Source: a virus
Taxonomy: Duplodnaviria; Heunggongvirae; Uroviricota; Caudoviricetes
Virus record (IMG/VR): IMGVR_UViG_3300042549_004104
Coordinates: 263,353 to 327,352 of that record
DNA: 64,000 bases
Reading direction: 5' to 3' (one strand)
This document shows, piece after piece, positions 27,429-37,184 of the stretch. Positions within the stretch are counted from its first letter, which is position 1, and every line of letters begins with the position of its first letter. Made by a program: the position numbers and the translations under genes. The notes under the pieces are model-generated. The model made no database searches, had not been told where the DNA came from, and saw nothing but the letters and a program-made list of their open reading frames with translations.

Positions 27429-27619
27429 CAACATATCCGTTCTATACTATAATACAATCATTCTTTCACACACAGGAGTTTTTTATGCGTAATTTTATCC
27501 TCGGCACATTGTTTGGTATTGTAATTGCTACAGTGGGTTTCACTGGTATTGCTAAATTACTTGACAATGGCGTCAATAAAACTAAGGCAATCGTACAAGA
27601 GCAAGCCAAGGAACAGTAA
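27425..27619 (+). CDS. small membrane protein (1 TM)
   Basis: Hydrophobic core FILGTLFGIVIATVGFTGIA. Confidence 0.45.
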   Translation: MTTYPFYTIIQSFFHTQEFFMRNFILGTLFGIVIATVGFTGIAKLLDNGVNKTKAIVQEQAKEQ

Positions 27620-27711
27620 TGGCTTGGCTTGCTGTACTACTGTTAATATTCTCAGGTCATATTGTCTTTGCATTTATGTTGGCATTTATTATTTTAATTA
27701 TTGAAAGTTGA

Positions 27712-28266
27712 GTGATGAGTTTGTTTATTGTGGTTATTATTTTAACATTCTTAAGCCTTGCTATCACAGCCCTTTGCGGTATAAAGTATATTCATCCTAG
27801 TGCCCATCTTGGATTTAACGTTACTGAAAAATCAAAATTAGTACATCTTGCAAGATTCTGGTGGTGGTTAGTAACAGGATTAAATTTAAAAGAATATTCA
27901 GCCATACATAGACACAATCACGCACATTCTATGACAAAATGGGAAGATGGGATTCCACCTGATAGTGTTTTAGTACGTGCTAAAATGTTTATAGAACAAC
28001 GGCGTAATAAAAATCTTATAGAAGATTATGGTATTGAATCTCCGAACACATGGATAGATATTAACCTATATCAACGATATCATTACTTGGGTCCTGTAGT
28101 TTATTTGTTGTTATTACTATCAGTCTTAGGCACACCGGGATTTATTGTATGGATAGCACAATCAATATTCATTGTATTTTTATGTTCAGAATCTGTCAAT
28201 GCAGATAGAGATTTTTGTAGTAGTGAATTGTTAATGTTTTTGAAAACCAAAAAATATTACGAATAA
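27712..28266 (+). CDS. integral membrane protein (at least 3 TM)
   Basis: Multiple hydrophobic helices. Preceded by a 30-aa hydrophobic mini-ORF at 27619-27711. Confidence 0.5.
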   Translation: MMSLFIVVIILTFLSLAITALCGIKYIHPSAHLGFNVTEKSKLVHLARFWWWLVTGLNLKEYSAIHRHNHAHSMTKWEDGIPPDSVLVRAKMFIEQRRNKNLIEDYGIESPNTWIDINLYQRYHYLGPVVYLLLLLSVLGTPGFIVWIAQSIFIVFLCSESVNADRDFCSSELLMFLKTKKYYE

Positions 28267-28281
28267 TTTAGGAGTTAAAGA

Positions 28282-29619
28282 ATGAGTGCAAGTTGGATTA
28301 ATAAATTAAACGAGAGCGATAGCCGCCTCCACAAAGAAGATGTAATTTTGCAGGCGCTTGAGGCAAGTGTCCTAGGTAGTCGTAATAGTCAGATTTTCTT
28401 GGGCTTTACCAAAGCCTGTTACAACCCTTATGTTACGTTTGGTATTCGTCAAGTGCCCGATACAGTAGGTATAACTGATGCAGAGAATCCTTGGGACGAT
28501 TTTAATGAGTTGATGGTACAACTTAGTCAGCGTAGGTTGACAGGTCATGCCGCACGTGATGCTGTACAAAATATATCTGAACGATTTGATAGTATAGAAT
28601 GGAACACATTTTTAGCTCCAGTATTGCGTAGAGACTTACGTGCCGGTATCAGTGACAAGACAATCAATAAAATTTGTAAAGGTACTGACTATGAAGTGCC
28701 AATCTTTGGTTGTCAACTAGCAACTAATAGTGAAGGTCGCCCTGAGATGAAAGGTATCAAACGTCTTGAACCTAAACTTGATGGCGTTCGTGTATTGTTG
28801 ATGGTTATCCCTGATGAAGAAGGTAACGTTGTTACTATTTGCTTTAGTCGCAATGGTAAACAGTTTGACAACTTTGGTCATATTGAAAATCAAATACGTG
28901 ATAACTTTGTAAAACTTACACACAAAGCCGCAACAAGTAATCTGAGTATGGGCTTTGTAATGGATGGTGAAGTGATTGGTAATACATTCCAAGAACTTAT
29001 GCGTCAAGCACGCCGTAAGACTGATGTGCAAGCAGAGGATAGTGTGTTCAATGTATTTGACATTCTACCACTTGATGCTTTCCGTGAAGGTCATTGGAAT
29101 GCACAACTACACAAACGCATTACTATTTTAGAAGATATGCGTAGTATTATTGATAACATGCCTAACGTTGAATTGTTACCACATATCATGGTTGACTTGG
29201 ATACAGCGGCAGGTAAGGATCAATTAGAGCGATATGCTAAGGATCAAGTTAATCTTGGATTCGAAGGCATTATGATTAAAAACGTAGAAGCCCCATATGT
29301 CTGCAAACGCAGTACAGATTGGATGAAATGGAAACCCACTATCACAGTTGACTTAACTGTTGTTGGTCTTGAAGAAGGTACTGGAAGAAATGCCGGTCGG
29401 CTTGGTGCTCTTGTTTGTGAGGGTGAAGATGACGGTAAAATCATTCAAGTGAATGTGGGTAGTGGATATAGTGATGAGGATCGTAGTGATTATTGGATTA
29501 ACTCTAATAGCATCATTGGTCGTACTGCTGAAATCATGTGTGACGTAATTACTCAAAATCGTGATGGTACTTATAGTTTGCGTTTCCCCCGTTTTGTTAG
29601 ATTTAGGGATGATAAATGA
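28282..29619 (+). CDS. ATP-dependent DNA ligase
   Basis: Nucleotidyltransferase motif I EPKLDGVRVL (KxDGxR), motif IV EGIMIK and motif V DWMKWK. 445 aa, as in phage T4/T7-type ligases. Confidence 0.88.
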   Translation: MSASWINKLNESDSRLHKEDVILQALEASVLGSRNSQIFLGFTKACYNPYVTFGIRQVPDTVGITDAENPWDDFNELMVQLSQRRLTGHAARDAVQNISERFDSIEWNTFLAPVLRRDLRAGISDKTINKICKGTDYEVPIFGCQLATNSEGRPEMKGIKRLEPKLDGVRVLLMVIPDEEGNVVTICFSRNGKQFDNFGHIENQIRDNFVKLTHKAATSNLSMGFVMDGEVIGNTFQELMRQARRKTDVQAEDSVFNVFDILPLDAFREGHWNAQLHKRITILEDMRSIIDNMPNVELLPHIMVDLDTAAGKDQLERYAKDQVNLGFEGIMIKNVEAPYVCKRSTDWMKWKPTITVDLTVVGLEEGTGRNAGRLGALVCEGEDDGKIIQVNVGSGYSDEDRSDYWINSNSIIGRTAEIMCDVITQNRDGTYSLRFPRFVRFRDDK

Positions 29620-29855
29620 ACGATAAATTTAAAATACTGGCTCTGCAGGCCAAAATGGGCACTGCTGACTTTGATGCAGGTAGTTACTATGTTGCCACAC
29701 CAGACCAGATGCAAAAATTCTGCGAGTTGATTATTGCTAAGTGTATCGAGGAAGCAGGTGATCCAGCCGATGGGTTAATTCTAGGCGATACCTGGCACGA
29801 TGGTGTTCGTGCTAGTGTTTGGAGTATTCGACAACATTTCGGAGTTGAAGAATGA
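29616..29855 (+). CDS. HFGVEE-family small protein (paralog 3 of 5)
   Basis: KFCELIIAKC core and C-terminal RQHFGVEE. ATGA-coupled to the ligase gene. Confidence 0.6.
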   Translation: MNDKFKILALQAKMGTADFDAGSYYVATPDQMQKFCELIIAKCIEEAGDPADGLILGDTWHDGVRASVWSIRQHFGVEE

Positions 29856-30061
29856 ACGAAAGAATTAAAGAACTTATTAATGAATCCACCTGCTTCAAAG
29901 AAGGTGATACCGAAGGGAAATACGATATTGAAGTGTTTGACAAAGAAAAGTTCGCCGAGTTGATTGTACGGGACTGTATGCTTATCTGTGAAGATGTTAT
30001 GAAAAAAGATAATTCTGCGCTTGGTTGTTGGAGTGAAATCAAAAGAACATTTCGGAGTTGA
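29852..30061 (+). CDS. HFGVEE-family small protein (paralog 4 of 5); its C-terminus is out of frame relative to the family
   Basis: KFAELIVRDC core. Ends ...EIKRTFRS*, whereas the +1 frame reads KEHFGVEE* up to 30067. There is one extra A in the run atcaaaaga compared with the paralogs. Confidence 0.5.
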   Translation: MNERIKELINESTCFKEGDTEGKYDIEVFDKEKFAELIVRDCMLICEDVMKKDNSALGCWSEIKRTFRS

Positions 30062-30064
30062 AGA

Positions 30065-30364
30065 ATGAATGAACGAATTCGAGAACTTGCTGAACAGGCT
30101 GGAACATACTTTGGAGGAGGAACGACTGATTATTTCGGTGATTATTTGCCTCCGTATGTGTCAATAACTGATCTAGATTTAGAAAAGTTCGCCGAGTTGA
30201 TTGTGCGAGAATTTGTCAGTATCGTGGAAGAAGAAATTAAATTGGTAGAAGAATTCAAATCCACTGCTGTGAAAGCTGATGTGATTAAATGTCATACAAG
30301 TAAAATTTATCATTTTCATAAATTGATTGATAAGAGTAAGAAACATTTCGGAGTTGAAGAATGA
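30065..30364 (+). CDS. HFGVEE-family small protein (paralog 5 of 5)
   Basis: MNERIRELAEQAG N-terminus, KFAELIVREF core and C-terminal KKHFGVEE. Confidence 0.6.
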   Translation: MNERIRELAEQAGTYFGGGTTDYFGDYLPPYVSITDLDLEKFAELIVREFVSIVEEEIKLVEEFKSTAVKADVIKCHTSKIYHFHKLIDKSKKHFGVEE

Positions 30365-30555
30365 TACATTTTAGAACTGATGGTGATACCCTGTACAACG
30401 GTTTAAATATCTATAAATTTTATAAAAGCACTGCGTGGGGATTTGTGTTTAGGTATGGTCCTAGAAACACTCACAATTTAGGAAAAAAGATTTTCATTGT
30501 GCGCTATGATAGAATCAGTCGATTGTTCAACTTGGCCACGTTAGGAGTGGATTGA
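30361..30555 (+). CDS. hypothetical protein
   Basis: ATGA-coupled ORF. Confidence 0.35.
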   Translation: MIHFRTDGDTLYNGLNIYKFYKSTAWGFVFRYGPRNTHNLGKKIFIVRYDRISRLFNLATLGVD

Positions 30556-30776
30556 TGTCTGAATTAGAAATTGCACTGCAAGCACATGACTGGAGCCTAG
30601 ATGGTTGGCGCACACGACCTCAAGTGGATCAGTTGATGAAAGGTCATCCAGATTCTGCAGAGGCCCAGACACTGTGGCAACAGTATTGTCCTTGGAGCAA
30701 CAGCAATGGTGGCTATGTTACATGGTCAAAAAAATTCACCCAAGACAGTGCCACAATGATATGGAGTTATCAATGA
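30552..30776 (+). CDS. hypothetical protein
   Basis: ATGA-coupled ORF. Confidence 0.4.
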   Translation: MMSELEIALQAHDWSLDGWRTRPQVDQLMKGHPDSAEAQTLWQQYCPWSNSNGGYVTWSKKFTQDSATMIWSYQ

Positions 30777-31084
30777 TACCAGATTACAATTTACTGTGCC
30801 AAACAAGGCCCTTGTACAACGAACCATACCACACTGTGAGACCATTGTTGCCAATAAGAATGCAACACGGAGCAGACATGATTGAGTGGGCTGAACAAGA
30901 ATTTGGTCCAGCAGGAAAAAGAGTTCGGGGCATTGTGGGACAAACTGTAAAAGTTACAGAACCTGGGCTACGATACTATGTGGATCCCACTGCATTTTGG
31001 TTTAGACACAGCGAAGACCGCGACTGTTTTGTCGCACATTGGACCAAAGAATTAGAAAATAGCAATGGTTTAAAGATTAAATAA
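30773..31084 (+). CDS. hypothetical protein
   Basis: ATG overlaps the upstream TGA. Preferred over the longer alternative-frame ORF 30605-31084. Confidence 0.4.
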   Translation: MIPDYNLLCQTRPLYNEPYHTVRPLLPIRMQHGADMIEWAEQEFGPAGKRVRGIVGQTVKVTEPGLRYYVDPTAFWFRHSEDRDCFVAHWTKELENSNGLKIK

Positions 31085-31111
31085 TATTACATTTATTAAA
31101 GGAAAAAGTAT

Positions 31112-31414
31112 ATGAAAATTTCAATTGTGTTATTAGCATTATTGTGTAGTTTATCTGCCAATGTACAGGCGCAGGATGCAGTGTCAGGCAAGATCAAATA
31201 TACGAGTTGCAGTGCATGTCACGGTGCTCAAGGTCAAGGCGGAGTAGGTCCAAAACTTCAAGGCCAAAAAGCCGAAGCAATTGTGAAAAAACTCACTGCA
31301 TACAAAAACAAACAAAAAGTTGGACCACAGAGTGAATTGATGTGGGGCATGGCCGGTGCACTATCGTCTGATGATATTAAGAATATTGCCGCATACACAG
31401 CCACGCTCAAATAA
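31112..31414 (+). CDS. class I c-type cytochrome (c552/c553-like), secreted
   Basis: Signal peptide MKISIVLLALLCSLSANVQA. A single CSACHG heme-binding CxxCH motif. Downstream Met-containing LMWGMAG is a candidate sixth ligand. 100 aa. Confidence 0.75.
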   Translation: MKISIVLLALLCSLSANVQAQDAVSGKIKYTSCSACHGAQGQGGVGPKLQGQKAEAIVKKLTAYKNKQKVGPQSELMWGMAGALSSDDIKNIAAYTATLK

Positions 31415-31609
31415 GATTATACAATGATTAAAATCATATTAGCTTTTGTAGTTATTTTTGGTCTATTCTTTTTTGGTATAAAAACCGTTAGAGAAATGAC
31501 CGAAAAAGAACTTTGGTCGGTGACTAAACTATTGACATATAGTGCTATCTGTGCTATACTCACACTTGTATTTTTAATCACTCTTGTAGTTTTATTTTAA
31601 AGGAAAAAC

Positions 31610-32404
31610 ATGAAACGTATTTTTACTCTCTCTATTATCGCCGTAGCAATTTTGGCTACTGGTTGTACACGTATTGAAACCGGCGAGGTTGGTGTGCGTA
31701 TTGGCTTTGACCGACAAATCAAGTCCGGTGAATTATTGCCCGGTTCATTCAATCAAACTATGATTGGTGATGTATTAACATTCCCCATCAAGGACGTCAA
31801 TGTGGTGCTTGAAAACATGACACCTGTTGCTAAAGACAATTCAACAATGAAAGACTTTGATGCTGTGGTGGTTTACAACATCAACCCACAACAAGTAAGT
31901 GAGTTGTACGCAACCAAGAACAAGAGTTTCCACGCTGATTTCAAGGGAGACACTTATGTGATGTACAACTACATTGTACAAAATGCTCGAAATGCTATTT
32001 ACAAATCAGCCCGCAAGTATGAAGCATTGGACATGGCAGACAATCGCACTGACATGGAAAACTTTATCAAAGAAGAAATTGCTCGAAATCTTGGTGAAGA
32101 AAAACTAGATGGATCAATCACAATCAGTCAAGTGATGATTCGTAATGTGTTGCCCAGTGACACAGTAGTTGAATCTGCAAACGCATTGGTTCGTAGCAAA
32201 AACGAATTGAAACAGAAAGAAGTTGAAGTTAAAACTGCCGAAGCAGAAAGTCGCAGAATGGCAGCATTGGCTAATAACTCGGGTGCTAGTATTGCATTCA
32301 TGCAAGCACAAGCTATGTTGAATATCTCAGAAGGTATCAAGAACGGTCAAGTACAGACTATTGTAGTTCCTAGCAACTTCAATGCATTAATGATGCCTAA
32401 ATAA
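31610..32404 (+). CDS. lipoprotein (lipobox LATGC), possibly SPFH/band-7-like
   Basis: AAGGAAA SD. Signal peptide with a lipobox. The fold assignment is weak. Confidence 0.55.
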   Translation: MKRIFTLSIIAVAILATGCTRIETGEVGVRIGFDRQIKSGELLPGSFNQTMIGDVLTFPIKDVNVVLENMTPVAKDNSTMKDFDAVVVYNINPQQVSELYATKNKSFHADFKGDTYVMYNYIVQNARNAIYKSARKYEALDMADNRTDMENFIKEEIARNLGEEKLDGSITISQVMIRNVLPSDTVVESANALVRSKNELKQKEVEVKTAEAESRRMAALANNSGASIAFMQAQAMLNISEGIKNGQVQTIVVPSNFNALMMPK

Positions 32405-32567
32405 CATGTGGGCGTTGATTATTGCACTGATGATGGATACAACGCCCGCCGAGACAAAGTTCACTCGGTTGGCTGAGGTTAAAACATATCAAGAATGTCG
32501 AGACCTTGCCAAGGTGTTGCGGGATCGTGGATTGAAAGCACATTTGTTTTGTGTGGAGCAACAATAA

Positions 32568-32819
32568 ATGGGCAATCAGACCGAATACTTTGAACGCACA
32601 GGATACAAACCTAAGTACTTCATAGGCGACCGAGTATTTGGTAAATATAACAAAATTCCATTTGTAGGTACTGTAGGTAATGATAGGTTGATTAATGAAT
32701 TAGTTGGACCAGAGATTACAATACATCTGGATTTACCAATTAAGATTGACAAAGATATTAAAACCTTTATAATTGTCAAACACAAAGATGTCAAATTATT
32801 AAAAGAAATTAAGGAATAA
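32568..32819 (+). CDS. hypothetical protein
   Basis: ORF only. Confidence 0.4.
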   Translation: MGNQTEYFERTGYKPKYFIGDRVFGKYNKIPFVGTVGNDRLINELVGPEITIHLDLPIKIDKDIKTFIIVKHKDVKLLKEIKE

Positions 32820-32820
32820 T

Positions 32821-33369
32821 ATGGTAACTCTAGTTAAACATGAATGGCATAGCACAGACCGTCAATATACGTATGAACTTGATGAAGATACATTAAGTGA
32901 GATTTATCCAGATATGGATGAAGATGAAATTGCCAATTTAATAGAACAACTTGAAAACGGTGAAGCCGATATTGAAGATATTATCAATGAGGCATGGAAC
33001 AATGATATTGAACTTGATTGGGAGTTTCAATATGATGATTGTTGGACTGACCGCAAAGGTGGTTATGAAGTTACATATGAGTATGGTGATGAGAGTAGTT
33101 ATCATCACGAACCTCCTCCACCAGAGCCAACACACAAGTGTACTAAGTGTAAATGGGTTGGTCAAAATTATGATGCTAATTGGATATGGCCAGAAGATGA
33201 TGAAACTGGTACAAAAGAAGCCAAGAAAGTTTGCCCAATGTGTGATAGTGATACTGAACTAACCGAAGTTGGTCTTAAAGAAGAACAAGAACGTGCTGAA
33301 CGAAAAGCACGATGGGCAAAAGAAGAGGCTGACGAAGGTGCACACTCTGAAAAGATGAATGATGAATGA
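32821..33369 (+). CDS. highly acidic protein with a C-terminal zinc ribbon (CTKCKW...CPMCDS); paralog of 3846-4580
   Basis: D/E-rich. The CxxC..W..G...CPxC(D/N) arrangement is shared with 3846-4580. Confidence 0.55.
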   Translation: MVTLVKHEWHSTDRQYTYELDEDTLSEIYPDMDEDEIANLIEQLENGEADIEDIINEAWNNDIELDWEFQYDDCWTDRKGGYEVTYEYGDESSYHHEPPPPEPTHKCTKCKWVGQNYDANWIWPEDDETGTKEAKKVCPMCDSDTELTEVGLKEEQERAERKARWAKEEADEGAHSEKMNDE

Positions 33370-33577
33370 TGATTTAGCTGGTAAGAAACATGTGTTTGAA
33401 GATGGATCAGTTATTGAAGTGCTTCAAATCAAAATGAGAGACAATAGTATAGAAACTGTACCTATTGTAACTTATACTGTGCAACAAGGTAGAAGTTTGC
33501 CTAGAAAATTAGTTTTGCCATTGAACGAATTTATTAATACATTTGGTCACTTATTTGGAGAAGATAATGGCTTATAA
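33359..33577 (+). CDS. hypothetical protein
   Basis: ORF only. Confidence 0.35.
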   Translation: MMNDDLAGKKHVFEDGSVIEVLQIKMRDNSIETVPIVTYTVQQGRSLPRKLVLPLNEFINTFGHLFGEDNGL

Positions 33578-33794
33578 AACAATTTATACTGAGGTTGAGG
33601 TTGATGTTGACCTTGCAGATTTTGATACTGAGGATTTGCTTGACGAATTAGCAAGTCGTAGTTCACTACCAATGGAAGAAGATTCTCATAGTAAAGAAAT
33701 ACTTGAAGTCATTTATCTAAAACGTAGGTTAGGTAAAGACTATCAATCAGAGTTAGACCAATTGATTTATACAGGATTAGGTAAAGTGTTATAA
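33567..33794 (+). CDS. hypothetical acidic protein
   Basis: GGAG SD before the ATG at 33567. Confidence 0.4.
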   Translation: MAYKTIYTEVEVDVDLADFDTEDLLDELASRSSLPMEEDSHSKEILEVIYLKRRLGKDYQSELDQLIYTGLGKVL

Positions 33795-33826
33795 TACTTT
33801 GACACTTAAACCGAATAAATACACAG

Positions 33827-35449
33827 ATGTTTTCACGTTTCTTATCAATTTTCACATTTAGTAATGCCACACTATTAGTGGCATTAGCACTTAGTACTAT
33901 CGCCGCATGGTATAGTATTGTCGGTTTAACTGCTATCTTTGCCGCGGCAGTTATACCCATTATCATCATGGGTTCAGCACTTGAACTTGCAAAAATTATA
34001 ACAACTGTTTGGTTGCGTAAGTATTGGCAACGTTGCACATGGATAATGAAAGTTTATCTTGTGCCTGCTGTTGTTGCGCTTGCATTATTGACAAGCATGG
34101 GCATCTTTGGTTTCTTAAGTAAAGCACATTTAGACCAAGCTGTTCCATCTAGTGATATTGCTGCCAAAGTCTCTTTACTAGATGAAAAAATTAAAACTGA
34201 ACGTGATAACATTGATGCGGCTAAAAGAGCACTAACACAAATGGATTCACAAGTTGACCAAATGTTAGGTCGTACTGACAGTGATAGGGGTGCAGAACGT
34301 GCTGTTCAAATTCGTAGACAACAGGCTAAAGAACGTAATGCATTACAAAATGATATTGCCAAATCACAAGCCGTTATAGCTAAGTTAAATGAAGAACGAG
34401 CACCAATCGCAAGCGAACTACGTAAAGTAGAGGCAGAAGTTGGTCCTATAAAATACATTGCCGCATTCATCTATGGTGATAATCCAGACGCTAATTTATT
34501 AGAACGTGCAGTACGTTGGGTAATTATTTTACTTGTTATTGTTTTTGATCCATTAGCAATTATGTTAGTGATTGCGGCTAATCAAAGTAAAGATTGGGAC
34601 AAGGAAGAATTAATTGAAGATGATAAAAATATTATGGCTATCATTCCTCCTAAAGAAGAGGATATAGACCTTTTTACCGAAGAAGAAATACCGGCATTAG
34701 ATACTGAACCTATTGCTACATGGCCCTTTCCCTCTGAAAAAACATCCAGTGTAAAAGAAGAACCTATAACTGAATTTCAAATAGCCAAACAAAATGAAAC
34801 TTTTACAGACAATCAACTTACACAATTAAAAGAATTAATTGCATCATTGTCAAAACCTGAGAAACCAGATTATAGTGATATTGAAATTGTACCAGTACAT
34901 ACAAAGTATGAAGAACCTGTTGTTGAAGTACAACCAGAAGAAATAATTGATGTAATAGAACCAGAAGAAGTTATCAGTGATGACACCCCAAACTACGAAG
35001 GTTTTAAAGATCCTAATACCGGAAAGTGGACACAAACAGGTCCTGATTTTGTTCCAATAACATCACAACCATCATTCGTTAAATTTGACGGGGACTATGC
35101 TGAATACAAAGGTAAACATGTACACAAACGTGTTTTATACGATCAGTTTCCTGAATTAAAATTAGAAGAAGATAAACGCCGTTCATCTAATACAAGATTT
35201 GGTACAGATTTTCCAAACACTAAGATGTTAGGTGATGTATTTGTACGTGTTGATGTAACTCCTAATAGAGTATACAAATACAATGGTGCAAAATGGATAG
35301 AAACAAGTAAAAACATAAGTAGTACATATTTGGCTAATCCAGAATATGTTCAATTTTTAATCGGTAAACTTGCGTCAGGTGAATATGATATGGACCTATT
35401 AACCGTTGACGAACAGGATGCAGTTGAAAAGCATTTAAAAACTGGGTAA
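33827..35449 (+). CDS. membrane protein with N-terminal TM helices, a central coiled coil and an acidic linker
   Basis: Three to four hydrophobic helices in the first 100 aa, a heptad-like region (aa 100-200), another TM around aa 215-240, then an E/P-rich segment. Confidence 0.55.
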   Translation: MFSRFLSIFTFSNATLLVALALSTIAAWYSIVGLTAIFAAAVIPIIIMGSALELAKIITTVWLRKYWQRCTWIMKVYLVPAVVALALLTSMGIFGFLSKAHLDQAVPSSDIAAKVSLLDEKIKTERDNIDAAKRALTQMDSQVDQMLGRTDSDRGAERAVQIRRQQAKERNALQNDIAKSQAVIAKLNEERAPIASELRKVEAEVGPIKYIAAFIYGDNPDANLLERAVRWVIILLVIVFDPLAIMLVIAANQSKDWDKEELIEDDKNIMAIIPPKEEDIDLFTEEEIPALDTEPIATWPFPSEKTSSVKEEPITEFQIAKQNETFTDNQLTQLKELIASLSKPEKPDYSDIEIVPVHTKYEEPVVEVQPEEIIDVIEPEEVISDDTPNYEGFKDPNTGKWTQTGPDFVPITSQPSFVKFDGDYAEYKGKHVHKRVLYDQFPELKLEEDKRRSSNTRFGTDFPNTKMLGDVFVRVDVTPNRVYKYNGAKWIETSKNISSTYLANPEYVQFLIGKLASGEYDMDLLTVDEQDAVEKHLKTG

Positions 35450-35527
35450 ATTGTTACCCAAAATCTCTTGACCAATAAGAGATTCTCTGTTATACTATCA
35501 TCATTGTTTAACTTATTAAAGGTTTTT

Positions 35528-36148
35528 ATGAAACACACACTCACTTTTGTCGCAGTCGTTGCTATTCTAGCAGGTTGCTCCTCAACTAAGACCGCAGTAA
35601 ACCCTGATGAACCTATCAGAAATCAAAAGTTGTCCACAACATTTACAGAGGATAATGTAAAGATTACAACAAATTGTGCATGGTATAAGCCATTTAAATC
35701 TGAATGCGATATAGTTTCTATTGAAGCTACTGCAACTGCATGGACTAATGGTGCAAGTATTGTACAAGTTAATGAAGGTCGTAAGGTTGCTAAAAGCCAA
35801 GCACTAGCAAACGTTAGTCATTTTATCAATACCCAAATCTCAAGTTCACGGATTACAAATGTTATAGCCAAACACGTTGAAAAGGCTAAAGATGAGATGA
35901 AAAATGGTTCAGAAGAATCACAGATGACTGATAAAGAAGCCAAAACAAATAGTACATCGGTTCGTGAAAATTCAAATGATACTGCACGTACAGTAACTAA
36001 TACTATCCGTGAAAATTCTGAATCTATCTTGCGTGGATTTAGAACTGTCAAGGAAGAAAAAGTAGGACAACAAGAAGTTTCAGTTACCGTTCGTTGGGAC
36101 CGCGAAAGTGAGCGAGTTGCTAATGAATTGCGTAAAAGCATGAATTAA
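35528..36148 (+). CDS. lipoprotein (lipobox LAGC)
   Basis: Start taken at MKHTLTFVAVVAILAGCSS with an upstream AAAGG SD. Confidence 0.55.
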   Translation: MKHTLTFVAVVAILAGCSSTKTAVNPDEPIRNQKLSTTFTEDNVKITTNCAWYKPFKSECDIVSIEATATAWTNGASIVQVNEGRKVAKSQALANVSHFINTQISSSRITNVIAKHVEKAKDEMKNGSEESQMTDKEAKTNSTSVRENSNDTARTVTNTIRENSESILRGFRTVKEEKVGQQEVSVTVRWDRESERVANELRKSMN

Positions 36149-36153
36149 TAATC

Positions 36154-37134
36154 ATGCGTTTAATTTTAGCATTGGCAGTTACCCTGTTAACTGCCTGTGC
36201 TACTACGGTAGCACAAAATAAAACTATCCCAATCAGCGTGATAGGTGAAGGAACTACTATCAACGATGCAAAAAACAATGGCTTTCAAAAAGCCATTGAG
36301 CAAGAAGTTGGTGTAGTTCTTTTATCACAAAAACAAATCAAAAATGACAAGCTAAGTAAGGACGAAATTGTATTACATAGTGCAGGTTATATTGACCATT
36401 ATACAGTACTTGATACAGAAAAGGTAAACAACACTTATTACCTAACAATGGATGTTTATGTCAAATCCAGTTCTATCGCAGAAAGAGTGTTAGGGGTATC
36501 AAATAAATCCAAATCTGTCAATGGTGAAAAAATACACGACCAATTTGAAGTATATTCAAAGTACAGAAAAACCGGTGATGAATTGATGAAGGCAGTGTTG
36601 GAAGAATATCCGCATTCTGCATTTATTGTTAAAAATCAAAGAATTGATAGTTCAGGAGTTGTGACAGCAATAGATAAAAATAGAAATCCTGTGTTTATTG
36701 TACCCTTTGAAGTAAGTTATAATTATAACTTTCTAAAATCGTTTAATGAGGCTTTAAAAGCTACAAGCGATAAAGAAATAAAAGGTCATGTCCAACAACG
36801 TAAAATTAGGGTGATTAGTAAAAAACCCGGTAGTGTTTGGGGTAGTACTGATTCATATTTTATCAACGATATACAACGTGATGAATTGATTAAGCAACAT
36901 TTTGTTGGTAAATTATATGTAAAATTAATTGCATTAGACGGAGCAGGGAAGAGATTATTTCATACATGCCAAACCTTTGCCGGGGAAGAAGATACAATTT
37001 ATTTGAACAAAGAATTTACAATTAATGGTAATGACGTTTTTGAAAATGAATTGGCATTTACATTTAAGAAAAATCACCCCATAATGAAAGAAGTCAGTTC
37101 TTATGTATTGACTGTTCATAAAGGAAAATGTTAG
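36154..37134 (+). CDS. lipoprotein (lipobox LTAC)
   Basis: Starts MRLILALAVTLLTACATT. Confidence 0.55.
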   Translation: MRLILALAVTLLTACATTVAQNKTIPISVIGEGTTINDAKNNGFQKAIEQEVGVVLLSQKQIKNDKLSKDEIVLHSAGYIDHYTVLDTEKVNNTYYLTMDVYVKSSSIAERVLGVSNKSKSVNGEKIHDQFEVYSKYRKTGDELMKAVLEEYPHSAFIVKNQRIDSSGVVTAIDKNRNPVFIVPFEVSYNYNFLKSFNEALKATSDKEIKGHVQQRKIRVISKKPGSVWGSTDSYFINDIQRDELIKQHFVGKLYVKLIALDGAGKRLFHTCQTFAGEEDTIYLNKEFTINGNDVFENELAFTFKKNHPIMKEVSSYVLTVHKGKC

Positions 37135-37184
37135 AATTTATAATGCTGTACAAACAATGATAAGTAATAGTATTAAAATCAAAC

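Noticed and set aside
30605-31084. 159-aa ORF overlapping 30552-30776 in another frame
   Set aside because: It overlaps a coupled upstream gene almost completely. A shorter in-frame start at 30773, with an ATGA overlap, explains the coding signal better.
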